DNA from: Eledone cirrhosa
Lineage: Eukaryota
DNA: 64,000 bases
Direction: 5' to 3'
NCBI GenBank assembly: GCA_964016885.1
Contig: OZ024752.1
Location: forward strand, 12,028,001-12,092,000
Part shown: piece after piece, positions 41,935 through 56,207 of the stretch
Layout: every line of letters starts with the position of its first letter
Position numbering within the stretch: position 1 is the stretch's first letter
Notes under the pieces: generated by a model
The model's input: only the letters and a program-made list of their open reading frames with translations
The model's database searches: none
Told to the model about the DNA's origin: nothing
Program-made: the position numbers and the translations under genes

Positions 41935-42615
41935 TACACCATCATCACCATCATCACCATCATCATTATTCCCTCTACTACGACTATCATCATCACCACC
42001 ACCATCAATATCACCACCATCAACATCATCACCATCACCATCATCACCATCACCACCATCAACATCACCACCATCAACATCACCACCTTCATCACCACCA
42101 CTATCAACATAATCACCATCACCACCATCAACATCACCGCCATCATCACTATACCATCATCATCATCACCATCATCATCATACCCTCTACTACGACTATG
42201 ATCACCACCACCATCAATCCCCCCCCATCACCCAAACCACCACCACCACCACCACCACCATCACCTCCCTACCACCATCACCCCGACCACCATCACCTCC
42301 ACCATCACCCCCACCCCCATCATCATCACCACCATCACCACAATCACCACCCCCACCGCCCCACCACTATCACCACCACCATCCCACCGCCATCCCACAA
42401 CCATCATCCCCAATACCACCCCCACCACCACCAACCCACCACAATCACCATCACCACCATCACCATCACCCCCACCACCATCACCATCCCACTACCTCAC
42501 CACCACCACCACCACCATCACCCCACCACCACCATCATCACCATCATCACCACCACCACCATCCCACCACCATCACCACCACCATCACCACCACCATCAC
42601 CACCACCATCACCAC
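41935..42615. repeat. (CAC/CAT)n low-complexity triplet repeat
   Basis: Direct reading. Confidence 0.9.
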
Positions 42616-42704
42616 AGCAACCTTTGTTTTACAATGCTGGATACCTACAACGTATAAAGCTTGTGTCAATCAGTCCGTTAGTTCTGCACTCTCAGTAATA
42701 AAAT

Positions 42705-43043
42705 AATGAATAGCTATCGATTGATATATGTATCAATAGCTATATATATATTGATATATGTATCAATAGCTATATATATATTGATACTTATATCAATAGC
42801 TATATATATATTGATATATGTATCAATATCTATATATATATTGATATATGTATCAATATCTATATATATATTGATATGTGTATCAATAGCTATATATATA
42901 TATTGATATGTGTATCAATAGCTATATATGTATCAATAGCTATGCATGTATCAATAGCTATATATATATTGATGTATGTATCAATAGCTATATATATTGT
43001 GATATATGTATCAATAGCTATATATATATTGTTATGTGTATAG

Positions 43044-43132
<89 letters not shown>
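42705..43132. repeat. About 30-bp AT-rich palindromic minisatellite grading into (TA)n
   Basis: TTGATATATGTATCAATAGCTATATATATA units. Confidence 0.9.
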
Positions 43133-43136
<4 letters not shown>

Positions 43137-43231
43137 AGATAAATATTGCTGCAATTCAATTCAAGCAATCAACGTACTTTTTCCACATAGGAGCGAAGTA
43201 GTTTCAGATGTTAAAGTCCTATAATGATAAT

Positions 43232-43305
43232 GCTGTGATACATATTTCAATGGCGACAGTGGCCACACGGTTCTGTGCGCCAGTGCCGCGACATCGTCAG
43301 ACAGC
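43232..43305 (-). ncRNA. Type I HHR, diverged copy of the 22.6-kb family
   Basis: GCTGT-CTGACGA-...-GAAA-TATGTA-TC-ACAGC. Confidence 0.8.
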
Positions 43306-45361
43306 TTGTTACATAATAAGGTTATGTTTCCGAGGCAATCCAAATTGAATCGAGATGGGAACGGACAAAGCGTGTCCTCTTCAGTTCTTCGCCCGTTCCC
43401 TTGTGAGTACCAATTCACCCCACCGGTCTGCGCAGGCGCAGGTCCGAAGGAAGTTGACCATCAACTACCGCAGAGTTCTACGAAACTCGCCTAGGCAGGT
43501 CCCCCTCTCAACCAAACAATGACCCCAATCTATATATAGTAATAATAATAAATTTGAAGACTAAAATCCAAAAAGGGCTCGATAAGGATAAATATATATC
43601 AAATATATAAGAACCCTAGAGCAAATATTAATATATATATATATATATAACATTAATATATATAATATATATATATATTGATACTTATATCAATAGCTAG
43701 ATATATATTATATATATTGATATATATAATATATATATATAACATTAATATATATATATAACAACCATTAGAACCCAATCTACGAGATGTCCACTCAGTG
43801 AAAAACACCCTAATCAATATATGGACTCAAAAGCTCACAGCCCTCAAATTCGCCTTTTGGAATCTCCTAAGAAATAATGGCAAGGCAGACATATATGAAA
43901 AGAGGCTAAACTCTACCTCAATCATCCTCCCAATAAAACTCCCAATAAAAAAAACCAACAAAGACTTAGGGAAAAGATGACGTTAGAAAAATTTAAAATA
44001 GAAATAGAACTGTTGCGATTAAGAGCCAACTCCAACGAAGAAAAATTCAAGTCACTCGACCAACAGATGGACACAGAAATCTCAAAGCACTCTGAAAGCC
44101 TACTCTATGAAAAAACCTTAAAACTTTGGAAAGAAAACTGTGAGGATGAAGAACTAACATCCCTCCAGCGATGGGATAAAAACGCCACCTGGTTCAACAA
44201 CTACGAAATGGACTTCAAAAATGAACATACAGGTAACCCATTTTTAAAACAAACTAAAACTCACACACCACATCCACAACAAATAACAAAAAAAGTAACA
44301 AAACGTCCAGCATACCCCCAGCAAAACTATAATGATAATCCCAGAACCCATAGACAAAACTATCCTACTAACAAAAACTGAAGATCCCCCAACACAAGAT
44401 AGGACCCGATCCGCAGATCACTACCCACACAAAACCTATTCCCAAACCGTAGACCCCTGCCCACACAGAGCCTGTTCCCAAACCGTAGATCCCAACCCAC
44501 ACAAAGGAACAAAATCCACAACCCGGACTATCAACAAACCGAACCTCAATACGTCAGAAACTTCTATTTAAGACCACACAACAACAGGGGAAATACCATT
44601 AGATATAATAATACAATTGAAAAAACATTCCAGAAAAATCATTTTTTAGACCAAGGCTACAGGACCCACGACACCCGGTGGCACAAACCCATTTTGAAAA
44701 ACCGAAAATAATCAACCTTTCAAATACAAACCTCTCAGCCCAACAAGTAAAAATTCTCTCCAAAGGAAATTCACACCAACACCACAATACTCTAACCTCA
44801 ATGAGATAAATGACGATATCTCACACTTCTGTAGAAAATTACGTCTCACAGAGGAATTTTTTGACAAGGAGAATAACGACCAATCAATTGTACGGAATAA
44901 AAGCAGCTACAACCCAACAAAAGGTAGAAACAGAGTTCTGGACACATTTTGTGACCACATAGCTACTTTCCCATACCATGAACTACCGCAACCTAAACCC
45001 AAACCCAACACGAGTTGAAGGGAATGGGAGATTATCCATGAACTAAAAAACAATACGGACATTATAATTAAGGAAGCGGACAAGGGAAGTACTGTTGTCA
45101 TTATGGATGCTGAAAAATATAAAAATTCTATGTTCTGTCTCTTACAAAATACTAATTACTATGAAAGAGTAAAAAACTACCAGCAATCAAAAACAATGAC
45201 CAGATTAAATACACTGATTTGTCGATACCAGGAAGACAACTAAAAAGGAACGCGATTATTTAACACATTTTGAATACAAAACCAGCAACCTTTACGGACT
45301 TCCGAAGATCCACAAGTGTAAAATAATTAACGATGCCTGTAAACAATCCACCTCAGCCTGC

Positions 45362-46360
45362 GTGAACACACAATACCCCACAGACTTTAAATTAAGACCA
45401 ATTGTAGCGGGCCCACAATGTGAAACACACAGACTGAGCAACTTTATAGACATACTACTAAAGCCAATTCTCAAACACATACCAAGCCTTGTAAGAGACG
45501 ATCTGGACCTCTTAAACCACCTCCCCAAACATGTCAATAACGACACTATTATTGTGTCTTTCGATGTAGTGAATCTCTACACAACGATCCCACACCAATA
45601 CGGACTAGAAGCAATAGGATTCTGGCTAGAGAAATATCCCAATGAGATACCTGGCAGAATAGAAAAAAGCTTCATCACCGAGGGATTAAAATTTATCTTA
45701 CAGAACAACTTTTTTGATTTCGATAGCAGTACTTACAAGCAAATATCGGGGACTGCGATGGGTACAAAAGCCGCTCCAACTTATGCCAACTTAGTCATGG
45801 CATACTTAGAAGTCCAGATATATGAACAGTCCAAATCAAAATACGGATTGAACTTCCACAAATATTTATCAGAGAATTGGAAACGCTACTTGGATGATTG
45901 TCTCATTCTTTGGTCCCACACACTCGACCAACTGAAGGATTTCAAAAACTTAATAAACGGCATCAATAACCACATCCAATTCACAATGGAATACAGCCAA
46001 GATCAACTCCCATTTCTGGACATCTTAATCTTAAAAAAAGACACAAATATTGAAACTGACATACACTACAAACCAACAAATTCCAAACAATACCTGCTAT
46101 TCACCTCCAACCATCCAAAGCACCCGGAGACGAACATTCCTTTTAACCTAGCAAGAATAATTTGCACAATTGTCTCCAATTATGAAACGCGAAATAAAAG
46201 ACTTCAAGAATTAAAGGAAATTCTACTCGAAAGAGAGTACCCACCATTACTAATAAATAATGGAATAGAAAGGGCTAAAGCAATAGACATTGATGAATTA
46301 CGAAAACAGAAACAAATTCAAGGTACGTCCAATATTCTATCATATTCTATCATATCATAA
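45362..46360 (+). pseudogene. PLE reverse transcriptase core (open segment of a disrupted ORF)
   Basis: RT motifs including YLDD; stops and frameshifts on both sides. Confidence 0.9.
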
Positions 46361-47618
46361 TGCGGAAGCTTACAACACTATTCACAAAAACATCCCACTA
46401 CTAAAACAAGACCCAAGAATGAAAAAAACCCTTGAAACACACAAAATAATCAAAAGCAAAAGATAACCGAAATCACTGAAAACATTACTCACCAATGCCA
46501 AATTACCTACCACAAACCCACAACCAACTGTCAAAAAATGTGGTCGCTCTAATTGTGGAACCTGCACTCACCTCATTGAAAGCAACACGTATACATTTAA
46601 ATCAGGACAAAATTTTGCTGTAAAAATCACTTCACTTGCTCATCAAAAAATCTAATTTATGCCATTAAATGTAAAGGATGCAATGAAGATTATATAGGAC
46701 AAACTAAACTCACACTCAGAAACAGAATGACAGTTCATCGCCAACAATTACGAGATCCAACCACGAGACAGATACCACTAAGCGCATATCTAGACATATG
46801 CGCAAGTAATAAGACACCCAAATTCCAAGTCTTCCCATTTTACCTTTGCGCTGACAATACAACAGAACAAATACTAATAAATAAGGAAAATATGTTTATT
46901 CACAAATATAGACCAGCATTGAATATGGTTTAATATACATTATGTCAACACCACAACATGCTAACCATCCAAACAGACACTTACACACACACATAACACC
47001 TGCTACTTTAGAAAATAAAAACCCGAACTAAATAAACCTTAACATACGTTTGCGCTGACAATACAACAGAACACATACGAATAAGTAAGGAAAATATGTT
47101 CATTCAAAAATATTCTTACTAACGGAATCATTTTCATAAACACACACACATCACAATATATATATATTCTCTTCATCTTAACATGCTAACCATAACACCC
47201 ATACATACACATAACACCCCCCACCCCCACACACAACTCCCTCCCCCATTTCTACTAATAGAATCACTTTCCTACACACATATATACACACACACAAAAT
47301 ATATATATTTTCTCCATCTTAACATACTCCCACACACACACACACATAACACCCATATATACACACACACAACTTCCTCCCCCATTTCTACTAATAGAAT
47401 CATCTTCCTACACACACACACACACACACACAAGCACACAAATAAACATACATATCTTTACTTTCTTTATTTCAATAGAAAATCTGAATTCTGACACCCC
47501 AGCGAACTAACCATATTCACTGAACCAGAACAATTCTCCCATCCCATTTCTCTTGACCATTATCTTTTGCTTGTCATAAAATTCTCTAAAAAGGTTACAG
47601 AATAAATTCCCAAAATAC

Positions 47619-47856
47619 GGGCGCGAAATTTAATGAAAACTTGTTCACGTGACAACCATAATTCCATTTATAACCAATCAAATTACGTTTATTAAAAAAA
47701 AGCCTTCGTGAGACCCTTTTTTTAAAGTAAAAAGAAATTCAAACACTCTTATATGAAAAAACAACCTGAGCCCCCCCCCCCCCCCCTGTTTGAAGAACTT
47801 TGTAACGCGAACTGGCGCGAAATCTATTATAATTATTGACCAGCCAATCAAATTAC
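47619..47856. promoter_or_regulatory. Putative pLTR promoter: two E2F-like sites, two CCAAT boxes and an E-box
   Basis: GGCGCGAAA at 47620 and 47814; CCAATCAAATTAC at 47674 and 47844; CACGTG at 47646. Confidence 0.45.
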
Positions 47857-47961
47857 TTCTAAAAAAACTTGGCGTTTCGAGCCACTTTTTTCCATATAAA
47901 ACAAGTAACATTCAAAGACCAACCAGATGTGAGAAAAACCACAGACCCTCCATCTCAACTC

Positions 47962-48001
47962 TACTTTTGAAAAGCAGAAGAACTGCGAAACCGGTAAAGG
48001 A
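47962..48001 (+). ncRNA. Minimal type I HHR, U3-A8 variant, at the 3' end of PLE family 2
   Basis: CTT-TTGAAAA-GCAG/CTGC-GAAA-CCGG-TA-AAG; stem I is short. Confidence 0.65.
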
Positions 48002-48068
48002 ACCAAATAAATATATATATATTTTTTTAAATAAGACTCCAGTTGCATTTTCGATTTCATCTTTTTTC

Positions 48069-48123
<55 letters not shown>

Positions 48124-48236
48124 TTGAGCCAACTGATACAGCTTCATATGCAAATTAGATTAATCACATAATTCACTCGAGAAATCCATACACTCTCGCC
48201 TGTTTTCAAAGTTCAGCATTTGCAGGAGTGGGAGGG

Positions 48237-48282
48237 ATGGTGCTGATGAGGACCAGTTCAGTTCGAAATGTGCATCCACGAT
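48237..48282 (+). ncRNA. Type I hammerhead ribozyme with extended stem I
   Basis: GTG-CTGATGA-GGAC/GTTC-GAAA-TGTGCA-TC-CAC; outer pairing GTTCAGCA/TGCTGAAC. Confidence 0.8.
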
Positions 48283-48411
48283 TGTCCCCCTTGCTTCTGC
48301 TGAACACCGCCAGACGGCATTAGTTGCTGGTGTTTTGGCATAGTTACGCCTCTCCAAATGTTTATTTTAAACATACCGTATTTCTTCTGAAATACGAAAT
48401 TCTAATATATA

Positions 48412-48489
<78 letters not shown>

Positions 48490-48643
48490 GGATATATATA
48501 TATGTATATATATATGTATACGTACATACATATATGTATACAGACGTACACTAGTATGTATATACATATATTCATGCACACATATATATATATATGTCGT
48601 TGCCCTTTTGTTCAACATGTTCAATCGACTGACAGGAAGGTAT

Positions 48644-48686
48644 ACGATGCTGATGACAGCTAATAAGCTAGAAACTAGTTCATCGT
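48644..48686 (+). ncRNA. Type I hammerhead ribozyme with long extended stem I
   Basis: ACGATG-CTGATGA-C-AGCT/AGCT-A-GAAA-CTAG-TT-CATCGT; outer arms about 48597-48718. Confidence 0.82.
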
Positions 48687-48806
48687 CCCTTAGTCAGTGT
48701 TGAACAAAAGGTCAACGATGGTTGCCGAACAATGTACGGCTAATAATTCGGTCTGTTTGTTGACAAACAAACCGACCATTATAATAAATGTTCGGTAAAC
48801 CCATAC

Positions 48807-48929
<123 letters not shown>

Positions 48930-49092
48930 CATACTAGTGTACATGCATGTATATGTATATACATACTAGTGTACGTCTGTATACATATATGTATGTACGT
49001 ATACATACTTATATTTAAGTATCAGCCGTACTAAGAGTGAGAAATGAAATTTTATTTTTTTCCATTTACAACTTCTACAGATTGATATTTTT

Positions 49093-49143
49093 AGTTTCAG
49101 AAGATCCCGTTAAGGGTGAAAGCAGCGATTCTTTGCTTAAACT
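49093..49143 (+). ncRNA. Hammerhead-like motif with A4 (CAGAAGA) core
   Basis: AGTTT-CAGAAGA-T-CCC/GGG-T-GAAA-GCA..TGC-TT-AAACT; same core at 63583-63633 (-) and 63818-63868 (+). Confidence 0.65.
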
Positions 49144-49451
49144 TTAATCTGTTATTTTAATAAATATTTGCTCTACGGTTTTTATATATTTGATATATAT
49201 TTATCCTTATCGAGCCCTTTTTGGATTTTAGTCTTCAAATTTATTATTATTACTATATATATATTGGGGTCATTGTTTGGTTGAGAGGGGAGATTATTAT
49301 TACTATAGTTACGTCCCTTTACGATCTGAGTTCAATTCCCGCCGAGGTTGACTTTGCCTTTCATCCTTACGGGGTCGATACCAGTAACGCACTGGGATAA
49401 TTGGTGGCCTTGTGCCTAAAGTAGAAACAATTATTACTATATATATATATA

Positions 49452-50876
49452 TATATTGTTATACTTTGGGAGGGTCATGTTGCCAATAAGAAACACACGC
49501 ACCAGTTGCTTTCACTTCAATTTATTATATATTTATAAATTTATAAATTTCTGGTTGGTTGGTTGGTTCCACAACCAGATAGTTGTTTATATATAGTCAT
49601 AGTTCTTTCGTCACACACTCTGTGACCTCTTCAGTGACTGGGGATTCCTTTCTTTGTTTCTGTGCCTCTCCTTTGTTCTGTCCTACGCCATTTTGTTTCT
49701 GTGTGTGTGTTGTGTGCTCAGTCTGCGCATGCGCCACATCCGGGTGTCTGTGTGTGTTTATGTTCATTTATTTATTTGTTTATTTACATGTTACTGGTTG
49801 GTTGTTTGTTCTATGTGTGTGTGTGTTTTCATTTTGTCCTTAATTGTAAGTTGTGATGTTGCTGTTCCACTCATATTTTCTATTTGATTTTGGTTGTAAT
49901 TCTTTTATGCTTACTGCCTCTGTAATTTGTCTAAACATTGCGTCTTTTCTGTGTGTAGATTCTATTTTTATTTCTATGTTCTCTAATTTGCCCCTGTGTT
50001 CTATTTTAGCATGTTGGTAGAGTACAGATGATTCTTTATTTTCTTGAAGGTCTCGCCAGTGTTCATTTATCCGTTCCCCTACACTACGAGCTGTCTCACC
50101 TATGTACACTATATTTTTGTCTCTACATTGTCCTTCAGTACATCTTATGCTATACACTATATTTCTAGTTTTACAGTTAATATGGGGGCTTATTTTACAG
50201 GTTATACATTTCTTATCTATACATGAGGGTCTTTGAAAAGGGTATGTGTTAATAAGTGTTTTTATCGAGACCTTCAAGATAATAAAGAATCATCTGTACT
50301 CTACCAACATGCTAAGATAGAACACAAGGGTAAATTAGAGAACATAGAAATAAAAATAGAATCTACACACAGAAAAGACGCAATGTTTAGACAAATTACA
50401 GAGGCAATAAACATAAAAGAATTACAACCAAAATTAAATAGAAAATATGAGTGGAACAGCAACATCACAACTTACAATTAAGGACAAAATGAAAACACAC
50501 ACACACATAGAACAAACAACCAACCAGTAACATGTAAATAAACAAATAAATAAATGAACATAAACACACACAGACACCCGGATGTGGCGCATGCGCAGAC
50601 TGAGCACACAACACCCACACAGAAATAAAATGGCGTAGGACAGAACAAAGGAGAGGCACAGAAACAAAGAAAGGAATTCCCAGTCACTGAAGAGGTCACA
50701 GAGTGTGTGACGAAAGAACTATGACTATATATAAACAACTATCTGGTTGTGGAACCAACCAACCAACCAGAAATTTATAAATTTATAAATTTATAAATAT
50801 ATAATAAATTGAAGTGAAAGCAACTGGTGCGTGTGTTTCTTATTGGCAACATGACCCTCCCAAAGTATAACAATAT
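49452..50876. mobile_element. Large palindrome of two 5'-truncated PLE family 1 3' ends (GIY-YIG plus pLTR)
   Basis: Minus arm 49452-50265, plus arm 50266-50876; HHRs at 49595-49639 (-) and 50682-50726 (+) with CUA site and 5-bp stem I. Confidence 0.93.
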
Positions 50877-50887
50877 ATATATATATT

Positions 50888-50918
<31 letters not shown>

Positions 50919-51080
50919 ATATATACATATATTATAAGTGTGGCAGCAGATACTGACCAGAACTTGTGATGACGTGGAGTAAAAATAGCCAATGGCAGGA
51001 CAAGAGTGGAATTAGGGTTTTTGAGGGTGTTGTTTTTATGATTACACCCCAGTGATAAAATTTGCTCCGGACGTAACACC

Positions 51081-51171
51081 CGTGTCTGAAAGAACCCGCA
51101 GAAGTAGAATCAGCCAGATCCATACAAAGACCATGACTCGAGCTACATGCCGGCGAAACATTTGTAACACG
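51081..51171 (+). ncRNA. Variant HHR with one extra core nucleotide and long stem II
   Basis: CGTGT-CTGAAAGA-...-GAAA-CATTTG-TA-ACACG. Confidence 0.6.
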
Positions 51172-51877
51172 AAATAAACTAAGTCCAGATGCATCACTGA
51201 TTTTTCGTTTCCTTTATAATATCTACACTCTACTCTGATGAATATCGAGTGCTAATTTTGGCATACCGCCTATGGAAGCACCATAGCTACCACTATACAC
51301 AACTATATATATATATATATATATTTTTTTTTTAAATTACTAAATCGAAGGACACTCTATTAAATAAAAGACAAGAATTAATTATAGCATGTAACCATAA
51401 AATTAGAAGGACATTCAAATATTATAAATACAACTAAACAAACATAGAAAAAGATATAGGAGAAAATGTGTGCGTGTGGGTGTATATGTATATATATATA
51501 TGTATATGTATGTGTATACATAGGTGTGTGCCTCTATATATACATGTGTGTATGTGTGTGTATATGTGTGTGTGTATATAATATGTGTGGGTGTACGAGT
51601 ATATATGAGTGTATATATATGTATATATATATATATGTGTGTATATATTTTTTTTTCTGCTAGTAGAATTAATCTATGGATTAAATCCAATATCTCATCA
51701 CTATAACTGTTTTAAGTAATTAACTATTAATGAGCACTATATATTACATTATATTCAACAATCTAACAAAGCTTTTAATTGATATGCATTTAAACCCCCT
51801 TTTTTGAGGTCCAACAATTGTGTGTGTGTGTGTAAATACCAATGAATAAAATATGTATATATGTGTATCTATAATAA

Positions 51878-52074
51878 TTGATCCTACTTTTGGCACAAGG
51901 GCCAGCAATTACCCCCACTGCATTACTGGTACTTTATTTTGTCGACCCCCGTAAGGATGAAAGGCAAAGTTAACCTCGGCGGGATTTGAACTCAGAAAGT
52001 AAAGGGCCGTAACTCTATGATGTAAAGCATGGTGTCTGACGCTCTAAATAACCCTTGTTTGCTTACAATGTGCT

Positions 52075-52108
<34 letters not shown>

Positions 52109-52249
52109 TGTTGGTCTGCATCCGTATGTGCCTCTACCCATAAGAAATAATTGTTTCTACTTTTGGCACAAGGCCAGCAATTAATCCAGCGTATTACTGG
52201 TACTTTATTTTATCGACCCCGTAAGGATGAAAGGCAAAGTCATCCTCGG
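51878..52249 (-). mobile_element. Two SINE copies; the second is interrupted by the 53-bp satellite
   Basis: The SINE sequence resumes at 55588 (GGGATTTGAACTCAG). Confidence 0.85.
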
Positions 52250-52255
52250 ATTGAT

Positions 52256-55200
52256 AAACAGACAGTGATATCTAGCCAGGGTGATGGTTAACAACAGAAC
52301 TATTGTTAAACAGACAGTGATATCTAGTCAGGGGTGATTGCTAACAACAGAACTATTATTAAACAGACAGTGATATCTAGTCAGGGGTGATGGCTAACAA
52401 CAGAACTATTGTTAAACAGACAGTGATATCTAGTTAGGGGTGATGGTTAACAACAGAACTATTGTTAAACAGACAGTGATATCTAGTCAGGGGTGATGGC
52501 TAACAACAGAACTATTGTTAAACAGACAGTGATATCTAGTCGGGGTGATGGCTAACAACAGAACTATTATTAAACAGACAGTGATATCTAGTCAGGGGTG
52601 ATTGCTAACAACAGAACTATTATTAAACAGACAGTGATATCTAGTCAGGGGTGATGGCTAACAACAGAACTATTGTTAAACAGACAGTGATATCTAGTCG
52701 GGGTGATGGCTAACAACAGAACTATTATTAAACAGACAGTGATATCTAGTCAGGGGTGATGGCTAACAACAGAACTATTGTTAAACAGACAGTGATATCT
52801 AGTCAGGGGTGATTGCTAACAACAGAACTATTATTAAACAGACAGTGATATCTAGTCAGGGGTGATGGCTAACAACAGAACTATTGTTAAACAGACAGTG
52901 ATATCTAGTCAGGGGTGATGGCTAACAACAGAACTATTGTTAAACAGACAGTGATATCTAGTCAGGGGTGATGGCTAACAACAGAACTATTGTTAAACAG
53001 ACAGTGATATCTAGTCGGGGTGATGGCTAACAACAGAACTATTGTTAAACAGACAGTGATATCTAGTCAGGGGTGATTGCTAACAACAGAACTATTGTTA
53101 AACAGACAGTGATATCTAGCTAGGGTGATGGTTAACAACAGAACTATTGTTAAACAGACAGTGATATCTAGTCAGGGGTGATTGCTAACAACAGAACTAT
53201 TGTTAAACAGACAGTGATATCTAGCTAGGGTGATGGTTAACAACAGAACTATTGTTAAACAGACAGTGATATCTAGTCAGGGGTGATGGCTAACAACAGA
53301 ACTATTGTTAAACAGACAGTGATATCTAGTCAGGGGTGATGGCTAACAACAGAACTATTGTTAAACAGACAGTGATATCTAGTCAGGGGTGATTGCTAAC
53401 AACAGAACTATTGTTAAACAGACAGTGATATCTAGTCAGGGGTGATGGCTAACAACAGAACTATTGTTAAACAGACAGTGATATCTAGTCAGGGGTGATG
53501 GCTAACAACAGAACTATTGTTAAACAGACAGTGATATCTAGTCAGGGGTGATGGCTAACAACAGAACTATTGTTAAACAGACAGTGATATCTAGTTAGGG
53601 GTGATGGTTAACAACAGAACTATTGTTAAACAGACAGTGATATCTAGTCAGGGGTGATGGCTAACAACAGAACTATTGTTAAACAGACAGTGATATCTAG
53701 TCGGGGTGATGGCTAACAACAGAACTATTATTAAACAGACAGTGATATCTAGTCAGGGGTGATTGCTAACAACAGAACTATTATTAAACAGACAGTGATA
53801 TCTAGTCAGGGGTGATGGCTAACAACAGAACTATTGTTAAACAGACAGTGATATCTAGTCGGGGTGATGGCTAACAACAGAACTATTATTAAACAGACAG
53901 TGATATCTAGTCAGGGGTGATGGCTAACAACAGAACTATTGTTAAACAGACAGTGATATCTAGTCAGGGGTGATTGCTAACAACAGAACTATTATTAAAC
54001 AGACAGTGATATCTAGTCAGGGGTGATGGCTAACAACAGAACTATTGTTAAACAGACAGTGATATCTAGTCAGGGGTGATGGCTAACAACAGAACTATTG
54101 TTAAACAGACAGTGATATCTAGTCAGGGGTGATGGCTAACAACAGAACTATTGTTAAACAGACAGTGATATCTAGTCGGGGTGATGGCTAACAACAGAAC
54201 TATTGTTAAACAGACAGTGATATCTAGTCAGGGGTGATTGCTAACAACAGAACTATTGTTAAACAGACAGTGATATCTAGCTAGGGTGATGGTTAACAAC
54301 AGAACTATTGTTAAACAGACAGTGATATCTAGTCAGGGGTGATTGCTAACAACAGAACTATTGTTAAACAGACAGTGATATCTAGCTAGGGTGATGGTTA
54401 ACAACAGAACTATTGTTAAACAGACAGTGATATCTAGTCAGGGGTGATGGCTAACAACAGAACTATTGTTAAACAGACAGTGATATCTAGTCAGGGGTGA
54501 TGGCTAACAACAGAACTATTGTTAAACAGACAGTGATATCTAGTCAGGGGTGATTGCTAACAACAGAACTATTGTTAAACAGACAGTGATATCTAGTCAG
54601 GGGTGATGGCTAACAACAGAACTATTGTTAAACAGACAGTGATATCTAGTTAGGGGTGATGGTTAACAACAGAACTATTGTTAAACAGACAGTGATATCT
54701 AGTCAGGGGTGATGGCTAACAACAGAACTATTGTTAAACAGACAGTGATATCTAGTCAGGGGTGATTGCTAACAACAGAACTATTGTTAAACAGACAGTG
54801 ATATCTAGTCAGGGGTGATGGCTAACAACAGAACTATTGCTAAACAGACAGTGATATCTAGTCAGGGGTGATGGCTAACAACAGAACTATTGTTAAACAT
54901 ACAGTGATATCTAGTCAGGGGTGATGGCTAACAACAGAACTATTGTTAAACAGACAGTGATATCTAGTCAGGGGTGATGGCTAACAACAGAACTATTGTT
55001 AAACAGACAGTGATATCTATTTAGAGGTGATGGCTAACAACAGAACTATTGTTAAACAGACAGTGATATCTAGCTAGGGGTGATGGTTAACAACAGAACT
55101 ATTGTTAAACAGACAGTGATATCTAGTCAGGGGTGATTGCTAACAACAGAACTATTGTTAAACAGACAGTGATATCTAGTCAGGGGTGATGGCTAACAAC

Positions 55201-55587
55201 AGAACTATTGTTAAACAGACAGAGATATCTAGTCAGGGGTGATGGCTAACAACAGAACTATTGTTAAACAGACAGAGATATCTAGTCAGGGGTGATGGCT
55301 AACAACAGAACTATTGTTAAACAGACAGTGATATCTAGTCAGGGGTGATGGCTAACAACAGAACTATTGTTAAACAGACAGAGATATCTAGTCAGGGGTG
55401 ATTGCTAACAACAGAACTATTGTTAAACAGACAGTGATATCTAGTCAGGGGTGATGGCTAACAACTGAACTATTGTTAAACAGACAGTGATATCTAGCTA
55501 GGGGTGATGGTTAACAACAGAACTATTGTTAAACAGACAGTGATATCTAGTCAGGGGTGATGGCTAACAACAGAACTATTGTTAAAC
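52256..55587. repeat. 53-bp satellite array, about 63 copies
   Basis: Unit AAACAGACAGTGATATCTAGTCAGGGGTGATGGCTAACAACAGAACTATTGTT. Confidence 0.97.
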
Positions 55588-56207
55588 GGGATTTGAACTC
55601 AGATCATAAAGGGCCGTAACTCTCTTCCCCATATTGATTGATCTTCCTCTTCCCTATATCGATTAATCTTCATTAGTTTAAGAGTACTCAGGTGATTGGA
55701 AATATTCAGAATATATATTTGAGGTCTTACGTAATAATTGTATTTTAAACCGTCTTTGTCTCACACTCTCTTTCACTCTCCCTCACACTCTCTACCTTTC
55801 TCTCTCACTCTCTCCTTCACTCACCCTCACACTCTCCCTCACACACTCTTTCTTTCACTCACCCTCACACACTCTCTCTCTCTCACTCTCCCTCACTCTG
55901 TCTCTCTTTCTTTCTCCCTCTCTCTATTTTTCTCTCTCTCACACTCTATCTTTCACTCTCTCTTTCACTCTCCATCACACTCTCTATATTTATCTCTCTT
56001 TCTCACTCTCACTCTCTCACACTCTCTCTTTCTCTCTCTGTTTTTATCTCTCTTTTTTCACTCTCACTCTCTCTCTCCCTTTCTTCCCCCTCTCTCTCTC
56101 CCTTTCTCTCCCCCTCTCTTCACCCCGTCTATCTCTGTATGTAGATTAAAAAAGAAGAGGAGGGGGAGCCACATGTATCACAGATAATATTACAATAAGT
56201 ACAAAAC

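Larger units (their letters stand above)
43762..48071 (+). mobile_element. Penelope-like element family 2 (Neptune-like), decayed
   Basis: IIKEADKGSTVVIM, YGLPKIHK, RPIV, FDVVNLYTTIP, GTAMG, RYLDD, PFLD; Cys linker CGRSNCGTC; IYAIKCKGC..YIGQT..RNRMTVH; 3' HHR then (TA)n. Confidence 0.92.

Noticed and set aside
41685-42698. His/Pro-rich 337-aa ORF
   Set aside because: (CAC/CAT)n low-complexity repeat with no coding evidence.
49452-50876. Palindromes as sequencing fold-back artefacts
   Set aside because: The arms differ by several substitutions, are asymmetric and match the known PLE inversion structure; read-level confirmation is still advisable.
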